This document shows, one piece after another, positions 18,569 through 28,072 of a DNA stretch of 64,000 bases; position 1 is the first letter of the stretch, and each line of letters begins with the position of its first letter. The position numbers were made by a program, and so were the translations under genes. This stretch comes from Candidatus Eiseniibacteriota bacterium (GTDB taxonomy: Bacteria > Eisenbacteria > RBG-16-71-46 > JABDJR01), in assembly GCA_963783375.1 (NCBI GenBank), contig CAWANH010000028.1, positions 1,344,001-1,408,000 on the forward strand, written 5' to 3'. The notes beneath the pieces were generated by a model. The model saw only the letters and a program-made list of their open reading frames with translations, had not been told where the DNA came from and made no database searches.

Positions 18569-19829
18569 GGAGTTCCTCCGCAAAGACGACCAGTTTAGCA
18601 GGGAGGTCGGGCCCCTGGAACCGCCGGTTCCGGTGACCCGGCTCCCCACGCCCGCCCTCCTGGTGGACCGGACGCGGCTCCTTCGGAACCTGGCCGGCAT
18701 GCAGGAGCTGGCCCGCCGCCACGGCGTGCGTCTCCGCCCTCACGCCAAGAGCCACAAATGCACCGCCCTCGGCCGCCGGCAGATCGCCGAAGGCGCGGTC
18801 GGGCTCTGCACCGCCAAGGTCTCCGAGGCCGAGGTCTTCGCCGAGGCCGGGTTCAGCGATCTCCTGGTGGCCTACCCCCTGGTCGGGGCCAAGGCCGACG
18901 CCCTGGCCGCTCTGGCCGAACGGTTCCCGGAGGCGCGTTTCGCGGCCGCGGCGGATTCCCGGGAGGGGGTGTCCGCCCTCGCCGAGGCGGCAACGCGCCG
19001 CGACGTGACCCTGGGAGTCTGGCTCAAGGTCGACAGCGGGCTCCACCGCGCCGGCCTTCCTCCCGACGACCTCATGCTGGTGGACCTGGCCCGGGCGGTC
19101 CGCGGCGCGGACGGCTTGCGGCTGGTCGGCCTCCTCACCCATGCCGGCCACGTCTACAAGGCGGCGCCGGCGAAGGTGGCGCGGATCGGGCACGACGAGG
19201 GGGAGACCATGGTGCGGACGGCCGAGCGGCTGGCGCGGGCGGGACTCGGCCGGCTCCAGGTGAGCCTCGGCTCCACCCCCACCATCCGCCGGGCCTCCGC
19301 GGTGGAGGGGGTGGACGAGATCCATCCCGGGGTCTACGTCTTCGGCGACCGCCAGCAGGTGGCGCTCGGGGCCATGACCCCCGAGGACGTGTCGCTCAGC
19401 ATCCTGGCCACCGTGGTGAGCCGCCCGGCTCCCGGGCGCTGGGTGCTCGACGCCGGATCGAAGACGCTCTCCAGCGATCGCGGGGCCCACGGGAGCGAGA
19501 CCATCCGCGGCTTCGGCGAGGTGCGACGGTTGGAGGAGCACGGAGACGTTCCCCGAAACCACCCCATGCCCTTCGCCGAACCCACGGGAAGCCGGCGCGA
19601 CTCCCATACCGCCGACCCGCCGGTCCTCTCCCGCCTTTCCGAGGAGCACGGGGTCCTGGAGGACGAGCGCGACCCGGGGTTCGTGCCCGGAGACCCGGTG
19701 GAGGTGATTCCCAATCACGCCTGCGCGGCAGTGAACCTGGCCGAGACGCTCTATCTCACTCAGGGGGAGGGTCGGGGGCGGACGGCGGTCGAGGCCTGGG
19801 CGATCGAGGCCCGCGGCCGCGTGCGCTAG
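18567..19829 (+). CDS. DSD1/alanine-racemase-fold PLP enzyme (D-serine dehydratase or D-threonine aldolase-like)
   Basis: LPTPALLVD, RPHAKSHK, DSGLHRAG, GSTPT, DAGSK, SEEHG, PNHAC; true start may be 18615 (CTG) or 18633 (GTG). Confidence 0.9.
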   Translation: MEFLRKDDQFSREVGPLEPPVPVTRLPTPALLVDRTRLLRNLAGMQELARRHGVRLRPHAKSHKCTALGRRQIAEGAVGLCTAKVSEAEVFAEAGFSDLLVAYPLVGAKADALAALAERFPEARFAAAADSREGVSALAEAATRRDVTLGVWLKVDSGLHRAGLPPDDLMLVDLARAVRGADGLRLVGLLTHAGHVYKAAPAKVARIGHDEGETMVRTAERLARAGLGRLQVSLGSTPTIRRASAVEGVDEIHPGVYVFGDRQQVALGAMTPEDVSLSILATVVSRPAPGRWVLDAGSKTLSSDRGAHGSETIRGFGEVRRLEEHGDVPRNHPMPFAEPTGSRRDSHTADPPVLSRLSEEHGVLEDERDPGFVPGDPVEVIPNHACAAVNLAETLYLTQGEGRGRTAVEAWAIEARGRVR

Positions 19830-19908
19830 GTGCCGGCCGCGAGGCCCCGGCCGCGAAGCGCGCGACCTCCAGCTCTCTCGTCCGGGCGGGCCCGATCTCC
19901 AAGCGGCG

Positions 19909-20850
19909 CTACCCGGCTTTCGGGCCCGGCTTCCCGTCGGCCGATCCCTCCGCCGGGACCTCGGCGGGCGGGCGCGGGTGCGGCGGGCGGGCGAGAGGCG
20001 CGCTCCCCAGCGATTCGGTTTCGTCCCCGCCCTCGGTCAGGTAGTGGGCGATGGCTTCGCGGCCGCGGATCTCCAGGTAGCCGAGGTTCCCGCCGTAGTC
20101 CTCGGCGATCCCGATATCGATGTTGATCCGGCGGCCGTCGGAAGTCTGGCGGAAGCGGGCCCCCTCGTATCCCTCGGGGGTGTGGCCGAAGACCTGATGG
20201 ATGCGCGGGGCGCGGGCCGGCGCCATGAGTTCCTCGTCGTAGTCGGCCCAGAAGATCCCCCCGGTCGCGTCGTCCCCTCCCCGGGCCAGCCCCACCGCGA
20301 AGATCGGATCGGAGTAGTCCGCGGCGGTCACCGCGGCCCGGAAGCGGCCGTTCAGGTGGGCGGCCAGCCGCCGCGGAGTGAAGCGCCGTGGCGTCTCCCC
20401 GCTTCCCTGCATCTCCGCCCGGAGCTGCTGGAGGAGGTTGTAGTGGACCCCGGCGTGGGTGAAGAGCCAGCCGGCGTGGGCGAAGGCGGCCTGCACGCGA
20501 CCGTCGAGCACGTCCTGGCGGATCCGCTCGGCCAGCTTCTCCGGCTCGGGGAAGTCGGCCAGATCGAAGTAGCCCTCGAGGAGCGCCACCTCGTGATTTC
20601 CCAGCAGGCGCACCACCTTTCCCTTCCCCTTCCGCGCCCGCACCTGGATGCCGGCCAGGAACTCGTAGGTGGCGATGGAGTCTGGACCGCGGTCGACCAC
20701 GTCGCCGGTCTGGACGAGGATGGCGCGGCCGCCCCTCCAGGAGTCATCCTCCAGGAGACCGGCCCGGGTGAGAATGGCGCGGAAGGCGTCCAGGCTTCCG
20801 TGCAGGTCACCAAGGACCACCGTTCGCAAAGGAGTTGTACGGGGGGCCAT
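19909..20850 (-). CDS. Calcineurin-like metallophosphoesterase (Shelph-like PPP)
   Basis: GDLHG, GDVVDRG, GNHE, THAG, GHT. Confidence 0.9.
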   Translation of the reverse strand: MAPRTTPLRTVVLGDLHGSLDAFRAILTRAGLLEDDSWRGGRAILVQTGDVVDRGPDSIATYEFLAGIQVRARKGKGKVVRLLGNHEVALLEGYFDLADFPEPEKLAERIRQDVLDGRVQAAFAHAGWLFTHAGVHYNLLQQLRAEMQGSGETPRRFTPRRLAAHLNGRFRAAVTAADYSDPIFAVGLARGGDDATGGIFWADYDEELMAPARAPRIHQVFGHTPEGYEGARFRQTSDGRRINIDIGIAEDYGGNLGYLEIRGREAIAHYLTEGGDETESLGSAPLARPPHPRPPAEVPAEGSADGKPGPKAG

Positions 20851-21063
20851 TTCGACAAGCATGCCCGGATTGGAACCGCGCGGCAACCGGAAACCGCTCC
20901 CGGACAGCGACCGCGTTGCATCATCGTTCCGGCCGACGGCCGACGGCCGCCGGAACGCGATCGAAGGCAAGCGTGCGCGAGACGGAGCCGTCGTCTACAA
21001 TCAACCCGACCGCCGCCCCGCCCCCGGCCGGCGGGGAAGCAATACATCCCGGACGGAGCGATC

Positions 21064-21420
21064 ATGAACGACCGCATGTTCGAGAAGCTGGTGCGCGAGG
21101 CGGTGGAAGACCTTCCCCGCGAGTTCAAGGACGCTCTCAAGAACATCGAGATCGTCATCGAGGACTTCCCTTCGCCCGACATGCTGGAGGAGTACGGCAT
21201 GGAACCGCCGCTTCTCGGGCTCTACGAGGGGACGCCTCTCACCGAGCGCGAGCTGGGAGAGGTGGGGATGCCGGACAAGATCACCATCTACAAGGGGGAG
21301 CTGCTTCGGATGGGGGTCAAGGGGCGGGAGCTGGTGGAGGAGATCCGCATCACCGTCCTGCACGAGATCGGCCACTACTTCGGCCTCGACGACGACCAGA
21401 TGGAAGAAATGGGGTACTGA
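21064..21420 (+). CDS. Minimal zincin metallopeptidase (DUF1025-like)
   Basis: LLGLYEG, PDKITIY, VLHEIGHYFG. Confidence 0.9.
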   Translation: MNDRMFEKLVREAVEDLPREFKDALKNIEIVIEDFPSPDMLEEYGMEPPLLGLYEGTPLTERELGEVGMPDKITIYKGELLRMGVKGRELVEEIRITVLHEIGHYFGLDDDQMEEMGY

Positions 21421-21422
21421 CC

Positions 21423-22328
21423 ATGACCTCCGCCTCCTTCACCGTGATCCGCCAGGCCGATCTTCCCCTGGAACCCGGGACCGGCATCGTGCGGTTGGCG
21501 TCGGTGCAGATGGACACCGCGATTGCGGAACCGGAGCGAAACCTGGACCGGGTGATCGCGGCCATGGAGGTGGCGCGGGACGAGCGAGCCTCCCTGGTCG
21601 CCTTTCCCGAGTGCGCGCTCACCGGCTACTGCTTCGACGGACCGGAGGAGGCCCTGGCCGCGTCCCTCGATCCCGAAGGCCCGGTGCTTGGCCGGCTGGT
21701 CGAGGCGACCGCCCGGCTGGGCGTGTACGCGGCGGTGGGGTACCTGGAGCGGGTGGGGGACGCGCCGGCCAACGCGGTCTCGGTGATCGGTCCCCGAGGT
21801 ATCGTCGCCCACTACCGCAAGACCCATCTCCCCTTCCTGGGCGTGGACAAGTGGACCGCCCCCGGCCGCGGGCCGCTGAAGGTCCAGGAGGCGGCCGGTC
21901 TTCGCCTGGGACTCCTGATCTGCTTCGACGCCTCGTTCCCGGAGGCGGTGCGACTGCTCGCCCTGGACGGCGCCGACCTGATTCTCCTTCCCACCAACTG
22001 GCCGGAGGAAGCCGACGTCAAGGCGGCCTGGCTTCCCAACACCCGCGCCTACGAGAACGTGATCTACTTCGCCGCGGTGAACCGCATCGGGCGGGAGCGG
22101 GGCTTCGTCTTCCACGGGAAGTCGCGGGTGTGCGGGCCTTCGGGGGAGACCCTGGCCGAGGCGCCGGCCGACCGGGAGGTGATCCTGGTCACCGACGTCG
22201 ATCCCGCGCGCGCCCGGCAAAAGCGGATCGAGCGGCGGGGGAGCGACTACTGGGTGGATCGGATGGGACAGCGCCGCACGGATCTCTATCGCCTCGAACC
22301 GGGACCCGGGAGCGACGGGGAGGGCTGA
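21423..22328 (+). CDS. Carbon-nitrogen hydrolase (nitrilase superfamily)
   Basis: E-K-C triad: FPECALTGY, YRKTHL, LICFD. Confidence 0.92.
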   Translation: MTSASFTVIRQADLPLEPGTGIVRLASVQMDTAIAEPERNLDRVIAAMEVARDERASLVAFPECALTGYCFDGPEEALAASLDPEGPVLGRLVEATARLGVYAAVGYLERVGDAPANAVSVIGPRGIVAHYRKTHLPFLGVDKWTAPGRGPLKVQEAAGLRLGLLICFDASFPEAVRLLALDGADLILLPTNWPEEADVKAAWLPNTRAYENVIYFAAVNRIGRERGFVFHGKSRVCGPSGETLAEAPADREVILVTDVDPARARQKRIERRGSDYWVDRMGQRRTDLYRLEPGPGSDGEG

Positions 22329-22330
22329 CG

Positions 22331-23317
22331 GTGACCGCCCGCGGGCTCAACCTGACCCCCAAGCGCCAGGACGATGCCAAACCCGCCCTGGGTTACGGGT
22401 TCGCCTTCCTCTGCTCCATGGTGACCGCGGTGGCCTTCATCGCGGCCAAGCCGGTGCTCGACTACCTGGACCCGCTCTCCTTCAGCATCAGCCAGTTCGG
22501 GATCGCCTCGGTGTTCTCGGGCCTCTGGCTGGTGGCCCACCGGAAGCTCGGCGACCTCGCCCGGGTGACCCCTGGGCAGTGGACCTTCCTGACCGTGGTG
22601 TCGCTCCTCTTCCTGAGCGCGATCTACACCATGTGGATCGGCCTCTCCATGATCCCCGCCACCGCGGCAAGCCTCCTGAACCGGTTGGAGATCCTGGTCA
22701 CCGTGCTCTTCGGGATGGCGTTCCTGGGGGACCGCTTCACCCGCCGCGAAGGCCTGGGGGCGGCGGTCATGTTCCTGGGAGTCGTGGTGATCCGCTACCA
22801 GGCTCCGCCGTCCTTCTCCGCCGGGTTCTGGATGATGGTGCTCTCCAGCACCCTCTTCGGGTTCACCGAGGTCCTGGTCAAGAGCCGGGTCCAGGTCATC
22901 CCTCCCGACGTCTTCGCGTTCGCCCGGAACGCCATCGTGTTCGTGCTGTTCCTGGTGGCCGGGGTGTGGCGGATGTTCATGCAGGAGGGGCCGTGGTGGC
23001 ACGGCATCGCGGACTGGGACGGGATCCGCCGTGGGCTTCCCCTCATCGCCACCACCGCCCTGGTGGGGCCGTTCCTGGCCCGCACCATCTACATGTACAG
23101 CCTCAAGCACCTCGCGCTCTCCAAGGTGGCGTTCATCAACCAGTCCCAGCCGCTCTTCGTGGCGGTCTACTCGGCCATCCTGCTCCATACCCTCCCCAGC
23201 CGGCGCGAGTGGACGGGAGGTCTCCTGATCCTGGGGGGCGCGCTCCTCCTGGTGCACTGGCGGCAGGGGTATTCCTGGTGGAAGGCGCGGCGGGCCGCTC
23301 CCGAGGACCAGGAATGA
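22331..23317 (+). CDS. EamA/DMT-family transporter
   Basis: About 10 TM segments in two EamA-like repeats; GTG start 2 nt after the upstream stop. Confidence 0.85.
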   Translation: MTARGLNLTPKRQDDAKPALGYGFAFLCSMVTAVAFIAAKPVLDYLDPLSFSISQFGIASVFSGLWLVAHRKLGDLARVTPGQWTFLTVVSLLFLSAIYTMWIGLSMIPATAASLLNRLEILVTVLFGMAFLGDRFTRREGLGAAVMFLGVVVIRYQAPPSFSAGFWMMVLSSTLFGFTEVLVKSRVQVIPPDVFAFARNAIVFVLFLVAGVWRMFMQEGPWWHGIADWDGIRRGLPLIATTALVGPFLARTIYMYSLKHLALSKVAFINQSQPLFVAVYSAILLHTLPSRREWTGGLLILGGALLLVHWRQGYSWWKARRAAPEDQE

Positions 23318-23910
23318 GCGTCGAGACCGGCGGCGCGATCGTGGTGGCGGTCCTGGCCGGCGTGGCCCTGGCCGCCGCGGCCGGCCTTCGCGCCTTCCTG
23401 CCGCTCCTGGTGGTGGGCGTGGCCTCGCGACTGCATCTCTTCCACCTGAACCCCGACCTCGCCTATCTCGAGAGCAACACCGCCCTGATCGCGCTCGCCG
23501 TGGCCGCCGTGGTGGAGCTGGCCGCGGACAAGATCCCCCTGGTGGACCACGGCCTGGACGCGATCTCGGTCTTCGTTCGTCCCGCCGCGGGATTCCTGGC
23601 CGGACTCGCCGTTCTGGGGCGGCTCCCCGAGCCGGTGGCGGTGGCGGTCGCCCTCTTCTTCGCCATGATCACCCTCGGCACCCATCTCGCGCACTCCAAG
23701 ACCCGGGTGGGCTCCACCCTGGTCACCGCGGGCTTCGGGAACCCGTTCCTGTCCGTGTTCGAGGACCTGGTCTCCGCGCTGCTTTCCATCCTGGCGGTGG
23801 TGGCCCCCATCCTGGCCGCGCTTCTCGTGTTCGGCCTCGCCGCGGTCTTCTGGCGGCTGGTCCGCCGCCTGCGTCGCCGCCGGATTCCTCCCGCCGAGTC
23901 TCCGCGGTAG
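23314..23910 (+). CDS. DUF4126 membrane protein
   Basis: AAAGLRAFLP, ELAADKIP, GNPFLSVFED; ATGA coupling. Confidence 0.85.
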   Translation: MSVETGGAIVVAVLAGVALAAAAGLRAFLPLLVVGVASRLHLFHLNPDLAYLESNTALIALAVAAVVELAADKIPLVDHGLDAISVFVRPAAGFLAGLAVLGRLPEPVAVAVALFFAMITLGTHLAHSKTRVGSTLVTAGFGNPFLSVFEDLVSALLSILAVVAPILAALLVFGLAAVFWRLVRRLRRRRIPPAESPR

Positions 23911-24002
23911 CCGATTTCCGCCGGTCCCGGTATGGTTGAAGCACGCGTTCAACGCGGCGTCGGATCATCGTCCAAGCAGTCGTTCGGAAGGAGACTCCGG
24001 TC

Positions 24003-24509
24003 ATGAAGTTCGTCCTCGGTCTGGTCGTCGGCGCGGTGCTGGTGGTGGGGATCCCCCTTCTCGTCCTGGCCACCGGCGCCTACAACGTCGCCGCCACCTC
24101 GGCGCCGGGGGCGCTGGAGACGTCCCTGGCCGGTTGGGCCATGGACCGTTCGGTGGAGAAGCACGCCCAGGACCTCATCAATCCCCATGCCGGTGACGCC
24201 CAGGCCGCGGCGGTGGGACTGGACGACTACGCCGAGACCTGCGTGACCTGCCACGGGGCGCCGGGGGTGGAGCCGGCGGAGCTGGCCAAGGGGTTGAATC
24301 CCCCCGCGCCGGAACTGGACGAGGCGGCGGGGGACATGAGCGACGGGGAGATGTTCTGGATCATCTCCCACGGGATCCGGATGACCGGGATGCCCGCCTT
24401 TGCCCCCACCCACACCGAGGACGAGATCTGGAACATGGTGACGTTCATCCGCCGGTTGCCCCACCTGACGCCGGAGGAGAAGGCGGTGCTGGCCGCGGCG
24501 ACCCGGTGA
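24003..24509 (+). CDS. Membrane-anchored monoheme cytochrome c
   Basis: N-terminal TM, CVTCHGAPG, GIRMTGMPAF. Confidence 0.92.
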   Translation: MKFVLGLVVGAVLVVGIPLLVLATGAYNVAATSAPGALETSLAGWAMDRSVEKHAQDLINPHAGDAQAAAVGLDDYAETCVTCHGAPGVEPAELAKGLNPPAPELDEAAGDMSDGEMFWIISHGIRMTGMPAFAPTHTEDEIWNMVTFIRRLPHLTPEEKAVLAAATR

Positions 24510-24539
24510 AGAACCGGCGCCCGATCGCCGGACGGACCG

Positions 24540-26696
24540 TCAGGGGCGGGCGCTCAGGCGGACCAGCTTGAGGGTCTGGAGGCGGCTCCCCTCGCGGATG
24601 CGGGCGTAGTAGATCCCGGGGACCACCTCGCGTCCGTCGCGGCCGACGCCGTTCCACTCCATGTCTCCCGCGCCGTCTCCGCCCATGGCCGCCACCAGCC
24701 GCCCCCGCACGTCGTAGATCTCCACCCGGGCCGGGGTTCCCGAGGCGGGGGGGGCGAAGGTGACCCGCTTGGCGAAGGGGTTGGGGTAGGCGGTCCAGAC
24801 GGGTGCGGTGGGCGCCGGGGGCTCGGGGGCGTCGGGCACGAACAGGGGGCAGAACGCCGGGTCGCTGGGCGACACCGTGCCGAACGCGTCGGCCAAGGTC
24901 ACCCCCCACACGTAGCCGCCGGGAGGGAGGTCGAGCACGGTGTCGGAGGCGGCCAGAGTGAAGACCAGGGTGGATTCGCTCTCGGCGGAGAGCGGAGACA
25001 CCCGGAGCTCGAACGTCCCCGCTCCGGGGAGCCGCGGGTCGTCCCAGCCCAGCCGGATCGGGCGCGTCCCGGTGGCCGCGTTCAAGGAGTCGATCCCCGC
25101 GCCGTGGAGATAGAACGACCGCGGGTAGCAGACCGGGTAGGTGCGGTTGACCGGGAGGTTCTCGGCGGTTCGCACCGTGCCGTCCCGCCAGGTGACGGTG
25201 ACCCGGTCCACCCGGGTCGCGTCGTTCAGGCCGAACCACGTCTCGGGGTAGGGCTGGGAGGCGAAGCTCCCGCCGCCCAGGATCTCCCCCGCGGTCACGG
25301 TGTCCCGTACGGTGATGCGGACGCGGGCCCCGAGCGCGATCGGCCCGCCGGCCTTGTCCTGGGGGACGAAGCTCACGTGGTTTCCCACCGGCCCGTCGTT
25401 CCTATAGAGCATGGTCCGGGCGGGGTTGTAGGGGGCGCCGGAAGGAACGAGGATGTCGAGGTCGCCGTCCCGGTCGAGGTCCAGGGTGGTGGCTCCGTGG
25501 CCGGCGGCGCGATTGAGGACGTTCAGCTCGTGGGCCGACTCCTGGAACTTCAGCCCGCCGAGGTTCCGGTACAGGAGGTCCCACTCGGTGCGCCCGGGCT
25601 CGGGTCCACCCCGGGCCACCAGGAAATCCACCCAGCCGTCGTTGTCCACGTCGGTGAAGGTTCCCCCCATGCACCCGCTGTACTCGGTGATTCCCGCTTC
25701 GGCCCCGATCTCGCGGAGGTATCGTCCGCCGCTGTTCACGTAGAGCTCGTCCCGGATCCCGGGAAAGTAGACGTGGTGGCGGAGCATGTTGAACACCCCG
25801 ATGAAGATGTCCAGGTCGCCGTCCCGGTCGATGTCGGCCACGTGGGCGGCAAACCCGGCTCCGGCCTGGTCCATGCCCGAGGACGCGGACAAGTCGGTGA
25901 AGTGTCCGGCGCCGTCGTTCAGGAAGAACTGGTTGCCCTTGGCCTTGAAGCTCTCCTCCGCGCCGGGGAAGTCCCGGTTGGCCAGGACGAGGTCGGGGTC
26001 CAGATCCCCGTCGGCATCGAAAAAGAGACACTGCTGGGACTCGCCGGCGACGTCGAGGCCGGCCGCCTCCGTGATGTCCTCGAAGCGGGCTCCCCCCAGG
26101 TTCTTGAACAGGCGGCCGTCGGCGGTGGCCCGGTCGCTCAGGACCCGGCTCACGAAGACGTCCACCAGCCCGTCTCCGTCCACATCGGCCCAGGCGGCGG
26201 AGAAGCTGTAGCCGAGGAGCGAAAGCCCGCCGGCGTCGGGAACCTCGGTGAAGTGGGCGACGCCGTTGTCCTTGAGGTAGAGGCGGTTCACGTCGGGAGC
26301 GGGGGTGCGGGCCTGGAACCCTCCGCCGGTTATGAACAGATCCAGGTCGCCGTCGTTGTCCACGTCGATGAAGTTGACCCCGAAGATGCTCCCCTCGACG
26401 TGAACCCCCACCGAGTCCCCGATCTCGGTGAAGGTGAAGTCCCCGTTGTTCCGGTAGAGATGGAAGCCGCACTCCTGGCAGCCCAGGCCGACGTCGGGGA
26501 GGCCGTCGCCGTCCACGTCGGCCCAGGCGCTTCCGCGCCAGCGGCCCAGTTCGAGGAGCCCCGCCGCCTCGCCCACCTCCTCGAAATGGGGGAGGGCGGC
26601 GACGGGCGCGGGGCGAAGGACGGCGCCGGACGCCGCGATCAGGCCGGCGAGAAACGCCGCCCGCGCAAGACCGGGAACGGGTCCGAGGAGCTTCAT
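24540..26696 (-). CDS. FG-GAP repeat/ASPIC-UnbV protein with C-terminal FlgD-Ig/T9SS-like tail
   Basis: Signal peptide, multiple DxDxDG repeats, GGGSFASQ...FGL, YPNPF...IYDVRGRLV...WNG...PGIYY. Confidence 0.85.
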   Translation of the reverse strand: MKLLGPVPGLARAAFLAGLIAASGAVLRPAPVAALPHFEEVGEAAGLLELGRWRGSAWADVDGDGLPDVGLGCQECGFHLYRNNGDFTFTEIGDSVGVHVEGSIFGVNFIDVDNDGDLDLFITGGGFQARTPAPDVNRLYLKDNGVAHFTEVPDAGGLSLLGYSFSAAWADVDGDGLVDVFVSRVLSDRATADGRLFKNLGGARFEDITEAAGLDVAGESQQCLFFDADGDLDPDLVLANRDFPGAEESFKAKGNQFFLNDGAGHFTDLSASSGMDQAGAGFAAHVADIDRDGDLDIFIGVFNMLRHHVYFPGIRDELYVNSGGRYLREIGAEAGITEYSGCMGGTFTDVDNDGWVDFLVARGGPEPGRTEWDLLYRNLGGLKFQESAHELNVLNRAAGHGATTLDLDRDGDLDILVPSGAPYNPARTMLYRNDGPVGNHVSFVPQDKAGGPIALGARVRITVRDTVTAGEILGGGSFASQPYPETWFGLNDATRVDRVTVTWRDGTVRTAENLPVNRTYPVCYPRSFYLHGAGIDSLNAATGTRPIRLGWDDPRLPGAGTFELRVSPLSAESESTLVFTLAASDTVLDLPPGGYVWGVTLADAFGTVSPSDPAFCPLFVPDAPEPPAPTAPVWTAYPNPFAKRVTFAPPASGTPARVEIYDVRGRLVAAMGGDGAGDMEWNGVGRDGREVVPGIYYARIREGSRLQTLKLVRLSARP

Positions 26697-26923
26697 CGAG
26701 GGGTAGCCTTTCCCGGCGCCAGCCGGGGGGACGAGATTCAAGGCGGTCTGAAGCCAAAGGACACTAGATTTGTAGCATATCGGCGGGGGCGTGATACCGG
26801 CTCTCTTGTAATTCAATGGGGCTCAAGTAATTGAACGGCCCGAGGCCGCGACGCCGAACCTCGGGAAGGCGCCGCGGCCGGACCCGGCGCCGGGCGATCG
26901 GGCCCGGCGCCCTCTCCCCGGAC

Positions 26924-27571
26924 TCAGCGGCCCGAACCCATCCTTCCCATGCTGCTCCCGGTGTCGTCGCTCCTGGGGACCAGGTCCATGCCGCACTTGG
27001 GGCACGAGCCGGGATCTTCGGCCAGGACGTCGGAGTCCATGGAGCACGTGTAGAGCGTCTGACGCATCAGGGAAACCGAGGTCTGGAACCCGATCGGCTT
27101 CTTGGCCAGGCCCTGAACCTCGAACGTGGCCCGCATCGTCTCCGGCTTCATCTTGCTGAACTCGTAGGGGGCGGCGAAGCAGGGCTGGGTGCGCCCGGCC
27201 TTTTCATCCAGGGAGAGCGGGTCGAGCGGGACCGATTCCGTCTTCCCGTCCTTGGTCTCGAGGACGACGGTGGCCTTGGCGTCCTTCAGGACGTCGACGG
27301 GCTTCTGGTCCTGGTCGTAGACGTAGAGCCGGATCCCCTCGGCGGTGAAGAGCGTCTCGAAGTGATGGCCCGCGGTCATGGTGACCTCGCCGCCGTGGAT
27401 CCCGGCCATGGCGTGGGCGGCGCCTTCTTCGGCCTTCTCGTGCATGTTCTCGTGGTTCATCTTCATGCCGTGCCCGCTCGCGTCTCCCTGGGCCAGGGCA
27501 GGCTGGGCGAGAAAGAGCACCAGGCCGGACAGCATCCCACCGGCGGCGATGATGGTCTTGATCGTTCTCAC
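26924..27571 (-). CDS. Secreted His/Met-rich metal-binding protein with C-terminal heavy-metal-binding domain
   Basis: RBS GGAGGAGG, GTG start, signal peptide, GHGMKMNHENMH, HGGEV, YTCSMDSDV...CPKCGMDL. Confidence 0.82.
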   Translation of the reverse strand: MRTIKTIIAAGGMLSGLVLFLAQPALAQGDASGHGMKMNHENMHEKAEEGAAHAMAGIHGGEVTMTAGHHFETLFTAEGIRLYVYDQDQKPVDVLKDAKATVVLETKDGKTESVPLDPLSLDEKAGRTQPCFAAPYEFSKMKPETMRATFEVQGLAKKPIGFQTSVSLMRQTLYTCSMDSDVLAEDPGSCPKCGMDLVPRSDDTGSSMGRMGSGR

Positions 27572-27690
27572 GGGGTGGTCCTCCTCCCTCGGGCGCATCG
27601 GCGCCGGAGGTTTCCGGAATCGGTCGATGGGTTCCTGCGCGACTCCCACGCCCGGGGCGTGTTGGCTTCGCGCCGATGTCGTATGGTGAA

Positions 27691-27707
27691 AGCAAGCTTC
27701 CTGCCAA
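27691..27707 (-). promoter_or_regulatory. Sigma54 (-24/-12) promoter of the HMBD gene
   Basis: TTGGCAGGAAGCTTGCT, i.e. GG-N10-GC. Confidence 0.75.
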
Positions 27708-28072
27708 CTTCTGCAACCCGGGACCTGAACCGCCTCCGGCCGGGTAACTCGCGGCGGAACCATGCCCTTCGCTCGCCCCGAGCCTGGCGCGGCCGGCGCG
27801 AGGTCGGCGGCGACCCGCCAGCCTCTGGGGTGCGGGGACCAGTTCCTGACCGGAGCGAACGCCCTCCGGCTCCGGCGGTCCGCGCTCTGAACCGGCCGGA
27901 ACCGGGGAAGGGGCGTCCACCCGGCCGGGTATCCCCGGGACCGCGGCGGCTCCGCGGGTGGTCCCCGCGGGTGGTCCCCGCCCCCGTTCCGTCGTAAGCT
28001 CCTATGGGAAAAGGAGGAACCGTCCCGGACCGCGGACATCGGGTCGGACCGATGACGCCGTGGTCGGGAACC

